In this document: piece after piece, positions 30,419 through 39,704 of the stretch | Position numbering within the stretch: the stretch's first letter is position 1 | How the letters are laid out: the number at the start of each line of letters is the position of its first letter | Assembly: GCA_051874735.1 (NCBI GenBank) | Contig: JBJEGD010000026.1 | Span: 32,001-96,000 of the forward strand | Direction: 5' to 3' | DNA length: 64,000 nt | From: Candidatus Bruticola sp. | GTDB lineage: Bacteria; Vulcanimicrobiota; Xenobia; Xenobiales; Xenobiaceae | Notes under the pieces: model-generated | Database searches by the model: none | The model's input: only the letters and a program-made list of their open reading frames with translations | Told to the model about the DNA's origin: nothing | Position numbers and translations under genes: made by a program

Positions 30419-32443
30419 CTACTTGCTGCTCTCTGTAGAATTGGAGTCTTTAGAACTACTGAGCTTGTAAGCTAGGGGCGATTTAAAGGTTTCTAACTGA
30501 GCTTTGGCTAGTTCTTCCAGCTGAGCAAACTTGTCTCTATAAATCCAGGCTTCTTTTACTTCAGTGCGGCTGTAGAACCAAACTTCTGAACCTTTGACAA
30601 CCGTTTTACAGCTGTAAGAGCCTGTTTCATTACTGAGTGCAATATCTTGCGGCTGACTAATTACCTGGCTTCCTTCAGGCAGGATTAAGCGATAGCTAAT
30701 TTCGTCTACAAAGGGCGCATCGAAGCGTATCGGATAGCTGCGGGAAGAAGTATTGAGACCTGCTTGCAAAGATTGACTGTTGACAATAGGTAGGGGAGTT
30801 TCAAAGCATTTCTTATCTCGGTTGTATCGCGCATAGTTAGCAAACTGAACGGAAGTACCTATAGTGAAGGGCTGGTCGTCTTCTGATTTAGTTGGGAAAA
30901 AATGTGAGTAAGGAATAGTCTGGAAGCAGAAATTTGTATCAAATTTGCTGATAATCCAGTTTGTAACTTCCTTACGTTGAGAATCGGAGAGAGTCTGTGC
31001 CTGAGCAGAAGCGGTGCGAAGAATATTGGCTCTGGGGCCGTTGTAGGTTATATCGGCAGTCAACTGACCTATTCCGGTAGCTTCAATGCGACCTTCCATA
31101 TTATGAAGGCCTATATTATTTTCAGGTATATCGACTGGGGCAGAAATCAGTTTGCCCGATTTTGAGCTGTGATTGACGGGAAGCTCTAGTGTAGCTGATC
31201 CTTGCCAGCCTAAGTTAGGGGCAGATAAAGCCGTTCCAGGCAGAGTAGGATCGATCCACCAAGTTTTTCCTCCCGGATCAGATACTTTAAGCAAGAATTG
31301 ATTTACGTAAAGCGGGATGGGAGGTAGTTCGGCGATTGTTTTTAAATCTGAACTGGTTGACATGTAAGGCTCTACTCTCAAACCGGCTCTTTTTAAAAGT
31401 GCTCCGGTAAGATAAGCCGCGTCTGGATAGGTTAAAAAACGGGAAGAAGAAGCTTCTTTGAGATTAACACCGCGCCAAAATTCATTGTCTTTGTCTAAGA
31501 TAGAGAACTTAGACATATAGCCAAGCACATCTTTAATGCGTTTTTCTGCAGGCTTTCCGACCGAAGTAATGCGGCTGGATATCATGCTAAGTGAGGCATT
31601 GCGATCTGCCGTTTCGTTCTCCCAGCACTGGCCGAGCCAGGTTGCCAGGTTGTTCCAATCTGCGAAGCTTGAGACTGCCACATATTTATAATAACTTATG
31701 GAAGCAGGCATGCTTACGTTGGAAGGAATGACATCATAAGCTTCTTTGGTAGACCATGAGTAAGTGCGGACTCCATTATCTTCATTTACCTCAGGAGAGC
31801 GCATATAAGGAACATTAGTAAAAGTGTAAGCTTTTACTTTTGAAGGCACACTCACTTTGTAAGTTGAGTGAAGAATTGGTAAATCGTTCTGCAGATATGA
31901 ACAAGCCCACCACTGCTTATCTGCTCTGGGAGCGTAGGTAGTTTTTATAGAATACTCTATAATAGAGCCAACTTTTACGCTAGGAAATTCTGCCGCACGA
32001 ATTTTGCGGCTTTCGTACATAGGTGCCCCTATAATTGATTGGATAGTCTTAATGTTCTCTTGAGGAACTTCAATAACTTCTCCCTCAGGAGTTATAGTGC
32101 GGGCATATTGAAATTCCACAGTTTCACAGGAAGCATCGAATGGTCTGGGAGCTATTTTGAATAGCCTGATTCCATCTTCATTGAGGATTTTCACGGCATT
32201 GTGTTCAGTTGCCACTGCAGAATAATCTTCGTTGAGCTGGTAGGTTAGATCGTCCTCCAGAATGATAGCACAGGCTCCAGGATATGCTTCGCTTCCGGGA
32301 GAGTTCTTGAAGCGGTCTGAGGATGGCAAAGGCGGATCAGCTGCCTTAACACTAAGAGGAAAGACCACAATAATAAAAGCGACTAAGCACAGGAAAACAC
32401 TGAGCCTTTTAACATAAGTTTGCGGCTTAAAAGTTAATTCCAT
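30419..32443 (-). CDS. DUF3857 / transglutaminase-like / DUF3858 exported protein
   Basis: Signal peptide, ARTI.P.G, FP.VKVGSIIEY, SSF..W..LA.W, WIDPT, R.YPI. Confidence 0.75.
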   Translation of the reverse strand: MELTFKPQTYVKRLSVFLCLVAFIIVVFPLSVKAADPPLPSSDRFKNSPGSEAYPGACAIILEDDLTYQLNEDYSAVATEHNAVKILNEDGIRLFKIAPRPFDASCETVEFQYARTITPEGEVIEVPQENIKTIQSIIGAPMYESRKIRAAEFPSVKVGSIIEYSIKTTYAPRADKQWWACSYLQNDLPILHSTYKVSVPSKVKAYTFTNVPYMRSPEVNEDNGVRTYSWSTKEAYDVIPSNVSMPASISYYKYVAVSSFADWNNLATWLGQCWENETADRNASLSMISSRITSVGKPAEKRIKDVLGYMSKFSILDKDNEFWRGVNLKEASSSRFLTYPDAAYLTGALLKRAGLRVEPYMSTSSDLKTIAELPPIPLYVNQFLLKVSDPGGKTWWIDPTLPGTALSAPNLGWQGSATLELPVNHSSKSGKLISAPVDIPENNIGLHNMEGRIEATGIGQLTADITYNGPRANILRTASAQAQTLSDSQRKEVTNWIISKFDTNFCFQTIPYSHFFPTKSEDDQPFTIGTSVQFANYARYNRDKKCFETPLPIVNSQSLQAGLNTSSRSYPIRFDAPFVDEISYRLILPEGSQVISQPQDIALSNETGSYSCKTVVKGSEVWFYSRTEVKEAWIYRDKFAQLEELAKAQLETFKSPLAYKLSSSKDSNSTESSK

Positions 32444-32545
32444 GAAAAATAATCCTCAACAAACTAAACAGACACTCTGCCTATATAATATCAACAGGTG
32501 CCTATAGTTTTACGTATACTTTCTATTTCGGCAGAAAATATCTAT

Positions 32546-32806
32546 TTATTTTCCTTTCTTTTTGCCTTCGCTGGATTTGGGCGATCTGGGCGAACTTTCC
32601 TCTTCTTCTTCTAAACCTGCTGCTCTAGCTACATCTGCATCTGTTGCTCCTTGCAGATTGGCCAACACGGTGAGCAAAATAGCTGTTTTTTCAAGATTCT
32701 CTTCTATCGCATGTAGGTGAACAATAATAACAATAGGCACAGTCACACCTATTATTACTAGCGCTATAGCGCAAAGCAATAGGGCTGTGCTGACAGTTGT
32801 AGTCAT
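32546..32806 (-). CDS. small single-pass membrane protein
   Basis: GGAGGAG RBS, one long hydrophobic helix, charged tail. Confidence 0.7.
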   Translation of the reverse strand: MTTTVSTALLLCAIALVIIGVTVPIVIIVHLHAIEENLEKTAILLTVLANLQGATDADVARAAGLEEEEESSPRSPKSSEGKKKGK

Positions 32807-33000
32807 ATTTTAGCTCCTCCTTCGTTAGTGAGTTCAGCTGCTGTTTTAGGCAAGTCAGAATGCGTATAAGAAACAAAAAACAGGCCAGATAAATAGTCAT
32901 TCTGATGTTGCTGGTATAAAAAAAACTTGGTGCAGTTACACCAATTTTTCAGTCGCTGCCGCGAATGAGGGTTAATTTCTTTCCTTAATTTAAGTTACCT

Positions 33001-35103
33001 TCAGTCTAATTGTCTCTCTAAATTTCCGTACCGCCTTGTATCGTATATTTTTATACGATAAGTTTTGGGCACAATTTCGCCTAATTTCAGATCTTTTTCA
33101 TATGAATATTCATCGAAAGTTCTTATAGGAGGGCCAAAAAATTTTTCTAAATTTTGACAAATTTCTTGAAAAATTTTTTGGCCTTGATCGAGGACTGTAG
33201 TATAAGACCCGCTCAGGGGACGATGACTGCAGAGTCGTTCACTGACAGCAATAAAATTATATCCTTCATACTGAATTTGCTTTAGATCATTATGGCTGAA
33301 GGAACGTGGTTCATAGTTGCTGCCTAAATCAGATATAAAACCAATAAAAGGATGATCTACAGCCGTTTGCTGATTAAAAATCCAAGTGTCTTTGCCGCTA
33401 TTGTACAGATGACGGGAGAATAAGCCTCTGTTTTTATCTATAACTAAGCGAAGATCTATTAATGTAAGATCAGGATCGTAGTAAAAATTGTGATTATAAT
33501 CGTTGTCAGAAAGCCAGGGACGTCTGCCTAAAGGAACAAAGATCACTCCATTCTCAGGAAAAACAGCGTTGAGTTTGACATTATTAGCAACTGGGAAAAT
33601 CGGTTCTGAAACTTTTGTAGATGGCCAGGGGAGCTGAGCTTTTTGCCAAGCTTCGACAAAAGGCAGACAAATGACGATTATGGAAATAGCTGCTACTAAA
33701 TATTGAGACAGCTTTTTTCTGCTCAGCATCGCTTCAAAGCTCATGGCTATAAATACCGATACCGATATAACGAATAAGAGCATAGACTGACTCGGCCAAA
33801 ACAGCTTATTCAGCAAAGGCATATGATCGCAGAAAAATTTGTAAGGCATGGCCAGAGGTGAGCCACGCCAATAGACTAACTCCGCATTTATTTTTAAAAA
33901 CGGTCCCAGAGGCAGCCAAAAAAATACGAATGAGGAGCTGCACCAAAAAATCAGCCAAGCTAAATTTTTTTGAATTGCTCCTGTGGCCAGTAAAAAGAAG
34001 GCTAGTATAGCCATTAAACTTAAATTAGCAGAGTACACCGCTTCAGTGGGTACACTCTGTGGGGGATTGACCGGACTTTTTAATCCCTTGGCGGGATTTA
34101 GAAAAGGATAAGACGCTTCGCAAGAGTAGGCGATTGCTTGGCGGTAAAGTGTGGAAGTGTTGGGAACTTTACCGGGATCAGGACGCACTAAACCTGGTAT
34201 GTGGTCGTGACACAGCAGGCGAACCAGATAAGGATGAGCGGCTGGCAGAACGATTACACTGAACGTCAGCAAAAAAAGTGCAGAATTTATCAATACCCCT
34301 TTAAATTTCGCTGCCTGCAGTACGGGAAGTTTGCGTTCCTGTATTTGTTTTATAATAACAACGGTCAGTTGATATATTATGAAAAAGGCAGCAAAAATTG
34401 CTGCAAAGTGGCCATAAAACCAGTAATTGCAGGCTGTTAAGGCAAGAAAAGCCCCGCATTTTGCCCATCTATATGGACTACTGTTCTCCCAAGCTGAAAT
34501 TAAGCTGCCTATAAAAAGCACTGGCCAAAAGGTTTGCAACTCTATAATTCTGCCGGTGACTGCAAGAAATGATTGCCAAGGATTAAAGGCGAAAAAGAGT
34601 CCGCCTAAGAAGGCTGTAAAAGGTCGGCAGTTCATCTTTGTGCAGAGCCAGCGCCCAGCTAAAGCATTAGCTATAACTATAAGTAAGCATTTTATATTGT
34701 AGTAAAGAGGGAAACTAAAAATTTTAACTATAGGCCAGGTCCAAAGGAAGTCTAGTCCGTTAGCGGCGCTGCTGTGTTCGCCGAAACTAACTAAACGGCT
34801 GTACAACTCAGGTAAATGACTCCAAACACCCCAAAGACCGTAAGTGTCTTTGAAAAAACACAGCGTTTCAGCATAATAACTCTCCCATGAGTGATAAATC
34901 CAAAGAGTCTGAGCCGTGTTTTCGTAGCCTAGATAGCCTAATACTTCCTGTCCGGCATGCCCACAAAGCGTACCGCTGCAGAGAAGAGCGCAAACAAGAT
35001 AGAGTAGCGCAGAAGGCCATATTCCCCAAAAACGCTCAACATCGCAAATAGATACGGTTTGACTGCTTATATTTTTTGTATCTCTATTTTTATCTTCGGA
35101 CAT
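33001..35103 (-). CDS. polytopic membrane protein, GT-C-like glycosyltransferase
   Basis: Many TM helices, AF.GG.FFAFNP, WFYG.F, LGP, C-terminal soluble domain; layout parallels 36342-38402. Confidence 0.6.
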   Translation of the reverse strand: MSEDKNRDTKNISSQTVSICDVERFWGIWPSALLYLVCALLCSGTLCGHAGQEVLGYLGYENTAQTLWIYHSWESYYAETLCFFKDTYGLWGVWSHLPELYSRLVSFGEHSSAANGLDFLWTWPIVKIFSFPLYYNIKCLLIVIANALAGRWLCTKMNCRPFTAFLGGLFFAFNPWQSFLAVTGRIIELQTFWPVLFIGSLISAWENSSPYRWAKCGAFLALTACNYWFYGHFAAIFAAFFIIYQLTVVIIKQIQERKLPVLQAAKFKGVLINSALFLLTFSVIVLPAAHPYLVRLLCHDHIPGLVRPDPGKVPNTSTLYRQAIAYSCEASYPFLNPAKGLKSPVNPPQSVPTEAVYSANLSLMAILAFFLLATGAIQKNLAWLIFWCSSSFVFFWLPLGPFLKINAELVYWRGSPLAMPYKFFCDHMPLLNKLFWPSQSMLLFVISVSVFIAMSFEAMLSRKKLSQYLVAAISIIVICLPFVEAWQKAQLPWPSTKVSEPIFPVANNVKLNAVFPENGVIFVPLGRRPWLSDNDYNHNFYYDPDLTLIDLRLVIDKNRGLFSRHLYNSGKDTWIFNQQTAVDHPFIGFISDLGSNYEPRSFSHNDLKQIQYEGYNFIAVSERLCSHRPLSGSYTTVLDQGQKIFQEICQNLEKFFGPPIRTFDEYSYEKDLKLGEIVPKTYRIKIYDTRRYGNLERQLD

Positions 35104-35128
35104 AGCTGGTATCTTTTGATATGTAATT

Positions 35129-36238
35129 TTAATATCTATGAATAGGAGGCGGAGGAGGTGGAGGAGCTATCGGTCTAGGGCTGGGCTTGGAAACTTCTAA
35201 AGGTGGTATGCGAGGATTTAGACGGCGTTGGCGGACGTCTAACTCTGAGGGAGTATTTAGCAGTTTAAGTGTCCGATTAACAGTTTTTATGTAGGGCAGT
35301 TCTTGAACAATTCGTTTTTCCAGAACTTTTAATTCTGGATAAAGCATCATTTTATCCCAAGTTGATTTAGGAACGCAACATTTAGCGTTCTGATACAGAG
35401 CCTCTAACCGTAAAGTTGAAATTCGCAAGCGCTCTATCAATATAAGTATATTTTGAGCTTGTTGGGTACTAAGTCTATTCTCTGATATAAGGCAGAGCTC
35501 TTTTAACGAGAGTAAAATTCTTAAAGGATGGAGCTCTAGCTCTTGTGCCTTATGCAGCAGAGAACGTCTGCTTTCTGTGTCTTCAAAACCTTGAGCTTGA
35601 GGCAAAGGAAGGGGAGAGGTGTTTAGGCTAGGTAAGCTGACTTTCAGCTGATGTACAGATGCTATGTCGGATGAGGCTGAAGCAGAAGAACTTGTTCCTT
35701 TTTTTTCATTGTTTCTAAGCTCTTGCCAGGCCTTTTCGTTTTGCAGATTTGCTGTTCGGCGCAGAGTTGACAGAGCGCTTAAATAAGTTCTCAGATCGGA
35801 ACCTTCAGCACCAGCTGAAGCATAAGGAGTTAGAACCTTATCCGGACTAAGAAAAAGCTTGAGCTGAGCATTGGTAAGCTGATTGTAAAGTTGATTGTAC
35901 AGAGATAATATATTTTCTGACTCTTCAACGACAAGAAGCTCAATGCTGCTGAACATTTGATCTTGCTCAGGGGTGAATAGCCAATGACCATTTTGGCGCA
36001 ATAAAACTTTGCAACTTTCCAACCCTAACCAGTCTTGATGGTATCGGTTAGTCTGGCCCAAACTGGCCGGTTCGTCATAACCGCCTACTTTTATAAAAGC
36101 ATAGCCGTCTCGGCGCAGATGGTACTGTATCATACCTTCTTGATAGTCACAGAATAACAACAGCAATTCTGCTATAAGGACTATACTAATAAAGACAACA
36201 GCCGCCCCCCCACACCAGTTTTTCTGAACTCTCTCCAT
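35129..36238 (-). CDS. hypothetical membrane-anchored protein with poly-Pro tail
   Basis: 369-aa ORF, N-terminal TM helix, co-oriented with the GT-C-like gene. Confidence 0.65.
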   Translation of the reverse strand: MERVQKNWCGGAAVVFISIVLIAELLLLFCDYQEGMIQYHLRRDGYAFIKVGGYDEPASLGQTNRYHQDWLGLESCKVLLRQNGHWLFTPEQDQMFSSIELLVVEESENILSLYNQLYNQLTNAQLKLFLSPDKVLTPYASAGAEGSDLRTYLSALSTLRRTANLQNEKAWQELRNNEKKGTSSSASASSDIASVHQLKVSLPSLNTSPLPLPQAQGFEDTESRRSLLHKAQELELHPLRILLSLKELCLISENRLSTQQAQNILILIERLRISTLRLEALYQNAKCCVPKSTWDKMMLYPELKVLEKRIVQELPYIKTVNRTLKLLNTPSELDVRQRRLNPRIPPLEVSKPSPRPIAPPPPPPPIHRY

Positions 36239-36341
36239 AACCTTTGGCCCTTCGCATAGCTAAAAAGGAAAACCTGCCTTTATTATGGCTGCAGGAGGAT
36301 AAAGGCTGATAGGGTAAGAGTTTCTACTCCTCTCACGCCGT

Positions 36342-38402
36342 ATGAGGGGGAAGATTCGGTTCTTCGAATATAAAAACATATTCGTATATTTTAAGCGCAG
36401 GAAGACAATACACATGCTGTCGGCCGGTCATCTAGTAAACGAGACGGAAGATAATCACGTAAAATTTGGAAATAATATGCCAACTTCATCGATCTCAAAA
36501 CAAACCGATCTTTCTTGGGCTGCTGAGTTCTTTGTAGTTGGTATTTTTTTTGCTTTACTGACGATAGCCGCTTTATGGCCTTTAGCTTTGCATATAAATG
36601 AACAGTTTGTTGGCGATTACCAAGGTGATTTTTGGAAGCATCTTTGGGGCCATTGGTGGGTGCAAAGCTGCTTGTCTAAAGGACAAGTTCCTCTTTTTTG
36701 TGACATGCTCAATGCTCCGCGCGGTGGGTATTTATTTATAGCAGATCCCTGCAACGCCATTTTTGTATACTTGTTTTCGACTTTTTGCAGTTTGGCTAGC
36801 GCTTACAATTTAACAGTTATGTTTAATTTATGGCTAGGGCTGATAGCTGCTTGGATGCTTATTCGTCATTTTGTCAAAGATGGCGCTTGTGCTATGACAG
36901 GAGCTGTTGTTTATGGTCTGTCGGCTTATGTGCTTAGTTATCCGGTTTTATCAGGAGTAACGGAAACATTAAATACTGCTTGGGCACCACTTTATATATT
37001 ATTTTTGCATCGTCTATTGGAAAAAGGTAGGCTGTGCGATATTTGTGGAGCAGCCGTTTTCTTTGCTTTGACCGCTTTTTCTTGCTGGTATTACGGGGAG
37101 TTTATGGCCGTATATACGAGTGTCGCTTTAGGAGCTTCATTGATAATGCTGCTAAAAAAATATTGGCGAGGGCAGCGCAGCTTTACTCAGCCTTTATGGA
37201 GATCGGCCCGAGTTCGCAAGGCTATTTGGTTACATATAAAAGCCAGTTGGAAGAGAATGAGAGCTTTATGGCTCACCCAAGTAATGAAAACCGCTGCTGC
37301 TATTATTATGGGAGCCATATTGATTTCTCCCTTTGCTTGGTTTTTTAAGATGACCGTTTCCAACTCAGCCAACATTGTAATGCCGCGCAAAGCACCTAAG
37401 CGCTCAGTATTTAATTTTAAGGATTACTTAGGAGAAGCTCCAGAAAAAAGTATTAATAAACATGGGGTGCGTGGATTCCATAATTATACTAATCTGTTAG
37501 GGTTAGTTTTGCCTGGAAAAGGTGGGGCTACAGTTACTGAGACTGTAGATAGGCTGATCCGCGTGCACTATTTAGGATGGATAGCTTTGTTTCTATCGTT
37601 TTTAGCTTGGCACCGCGGACGCAGAAAAAGTCAGCTTTATTATTGGACGACCGTATTTTGCTTTTTCATTGTCTTGTCTCTAGGGCCACGCATAGTTTTT
37701 TCTGATTTTTCCGGAATGGGCGTGATTAATCCGCTCTACCTTTTTATGTTCCTTTTCTTTCCGTTTTTTTATAATTTGGCTATACCTTTTCGCTTTTTAA
37801 TGTTGGCGTTAATAGGTTTATCTCAGACTGCGGCCTGCGGGACAAAGGAACTTTTATCTGAGGAGTCTGTTGGGCGCAAGTGGTTTTTCTGCGGTTTTAT
37901 AGGCTGCATGATTGTGGCGGAAATTATTTTCGTATCTCCTCTTCCTTGGCCTTTGCCCATGAGTCCTGCAGAAGTTCCCTCTTACTACCGTATGTTGGCC
38001 TGCGATCCGCGCTCTTATGCTATTATAGATTATCCTTTTGAGCGCAGCGGCAATATTTTGGTGCCCAGTGAATATTTTTACTATCAGACTGTGCATCATA
38101 AGCGTATACCTTACCGCACTAGCGGTGTTTTAAGCCCTGAAGTAGTTCATAATTCCTTTATGGAAGAGGTGCTTTGGGCTCACAGAGATATAGAACCCTC
38201 GCATCAATCGCGCAAGCGCATATTAGAGGGAGCTAAAGCACTGTTCGCTATGGGGTTTTATGTTTTTATTCTGCATGAAAACTTGCTGCCCGATTTTGCC
38301 GCTCAGGAAATAGAAAGCCGGCTTACGCCAGTTTTAGGTGAGCCTATGCGCTTAGGAGACGGTTTGATCGTTTACAGTCTGGACTTAAATTATGATAAGT
38401 AA
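36342..38402 (+). CDS. polytopic membrane protein, GT-C-like glycosyltransferase (start may be 36414 or 36477)
   Basis: GDFWKHLWGHWW acidic first-loop motif, YLGW, LSLGP, P.RF, VP.YY, YYQT.H. Confidence 0.65.
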   Translation: MRGKIRFFEYKNIFVYFKRRKTIHMLSAGHLVNETEDNHVKFGNNMPTSSISKQTDLSWAAEFFVVGIFFALLTIAALWPLALHINEQFVGDYQGDFWKHLWGHWWVQSCLSKGQVPLFCDMLNAPRGGYLFIADPCNAIFVYLFSTFCSLASAYNLTVMFNLWLGLIAAWMLIRHFVKDGACAMTGAVVYGLSAYVLSYPVLSGVTETLNTAWAPLYILFLHRLLEKGRLCDICGAAVFFALTAFSCWYYGEFMAVYTSVALGASLIMLLKKYWRGQRSFTQPLWRSARVRKAIWLHIKASWKRMRALWLTQVMKTAAAIIMGAILISPFAWFFKMTVSNSANIVMPRKAPKRSVFNFKDYLGEAPEKSINKHGVRGFHNYTNLLGLVLPGKGGATVTETVDRLIRVHYLGWIALFLSFLAWHRGRRKSQLYYWTTVFCFFIVLSLGPRIVFSDFSGMGVINPLYLFMFLFFPFFYNLAIPFRFLMLALIGLSQTAACGTKELLSEESVGRKWFFCGFIGCMIVAEIIFVSPLPWPLPMSPAEVPSYYRMLACDPRSYAIIDYPFERSGNILVPSEYFYYQTVHHKRIPYRTSGVLSPEVVHNSFMEEVLWAHRDIEPSHQSRKRILEGAKALFAMGFYVFILHENLLPDFAAQEIESRLTPVLGEPMRLGDGLIVYSLDLNYDK

Positions 38403-39498
38403 GTTGTTCAGCAAGTATTTGAAAAATATTACAGATTTACTACTGCGCAGAGAAATAAAGTTGATACTTGGGCATAACTTTATGGGCAGTTTTGGGATAG
38501 CGCTGCCTTTAGGATGGTTATTTCTCCTTATTTTGGGGGGATTATTCCATTGGGTTAATTACAGTCTCAACTTTAATTGGAATTTTTATTTCTGCTGGTT
38601 AGTGGCTATTTTTGTTACCGTTCATTTCTTGCAGCTAGCTCCCTGTCTAGCTGCCTCCGTCAAGAAAGATCGGGACATGGGAATTCTGCAGACGCTTAGA
38701 CTTACTCCAGGTGGACCTTTTAAGGCCCAACTATTCAAAATTTTAGTCTGTACCGCTCCCTACATACTGGGATGGCTAGTTATATCTGTAAGTACCTCTT
38801 TACTTTGTCTTTTCTCTCCTAGTTTTGATGGAGAAATAGCCGGACTGGGACTTATTCTCAGCTTTTTATCTATAGTTTCAGCTGCTTTTGGAGGAGTTTT
38901 TTGGGGGAGCTTTTACAATATGAGCTCTGATAGCTGTGCCTCTTCTCTGAGAAAACTGATCCTTTTTCTTATTGTTGCTTCTTACGGAGCCATTAGGTTT
39001 GGGCATATAAGTCAGCTGGAAAGTTTTTTGATAATTAGTTCTTTGGTTTTTGTTCTATGGCATAAATCTATCAATTTTTTTCAACGCGATTTGTCTTGGG
39101 CTGTTGCTTTGTTATGTATCTGCCTTTCCTATTTGCCTGCAGTGCGCTGTTCAAGTTTACCATTGTTATATTCAGTTAATCCTGTATGTTTAAGCTTGGG
39201 CCCTTTATATTCGATGGATAGTTTGGCTATGACCGGAAATAATCAAGCATCACGCTGGGCGTACCCTGTACTGCAGTCTCAATTTAACAGCGACGAATCA
39301 ACTTCTTTAAACGATCTTCTAGAAATATACTCTAGTTCTTCAGAGATTGTTCGCAGGCAAATAAACAATCGAATTAAGGAGGAGGCCGAGCTTTCTATGT
39401 TCGGTGGTTTTCTAAGTTGCATTTTCAGCGCATTTTTTTTAGGAATGGTGGCGTTTATAAATTTATATTGTTCTCTAGATTTTGAAGCCGAAAATTGA
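38392..39498 (+). CDS. ABC-2-type permease-like membrane protein
   Basis: AASV..DRD.G.LQ.LRLTP.....L.K motif; multiple TMs; overlaps the previous stop. Confidence 0.55.
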   Translation: MISKLFSKYLKNITDLLLRREIKLILGHNFMGSFGIALPLGWLFLLILGGLFHWVNYSLNFNWNFYFCWLVAIFVTVHFLQLAPCLAASVKKDRDMGILQTLRLTPGGPFKAQLFKILVCTAPYILGWLVISVSTSLLCLFSPSFDGEIAGLGLILSFLSIVSAAFGGVFWGSFYNMSSDSCASSLRKLILFLIVASYGAIRFGHISQLESFLIISSLVFVLWHKSINFFQRDLSWAVALLCICLSYLPAVRCSSLPLLYSVNPVCLSLGPLYSMDSLAMTGNNQASRWAYPVLQSQFNSDESTSLNDLLEIYSSSSEIVRRQINNRIKEEAELSMFGGFLSCIFSAFFLGMVAFINLYCSLDFEAEN

Positions 39499-39660
39499 TT
39501 TTTTGGCTTACTATTCTTTTTATCTCTTTATTTTGCTATATTGTATGGGGTCGCAGCGTCGGCCTTACAAGGATAGCTACAATAAAAATCTGTTTGATCA
39601 GTTTTTTATATTTAGTTACCGTTTTGTAAAATGATTCTCTTCAGAATCAACGTTGAGCTA

Positions 39661-39687
39661 GGCAAGGCTTGTGGTTTAAGCTTTGCC
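39661..39687 (+). promoter_or_regulatory. thrS leader hairpin with anticodon-like loop (candidate translational operator)
   Basis: 10-bp stem GGCAAGGCTT/AAGCTTTGCC, loop GT-GGT-TT, 7 nt before SD GGAG. Confidence 0.55.
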
Positions 39688-39704
39688 GTAATATGGAGTT
39701 ATTT

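Noticed and set aside
39541-39570. Second thrS operator hairpin with CGU in its loop
   Set aside because: Loop is 6 nt (CAGCGU), lacks U before the triplet, and the stem may start upstream of the likely TSS.
39499-39704. T-box riboswitch upstream of thrS (also checked glnS and proS)
   Set aside because: No GGTGGNACC antiterminator bulge and no leader terminator.
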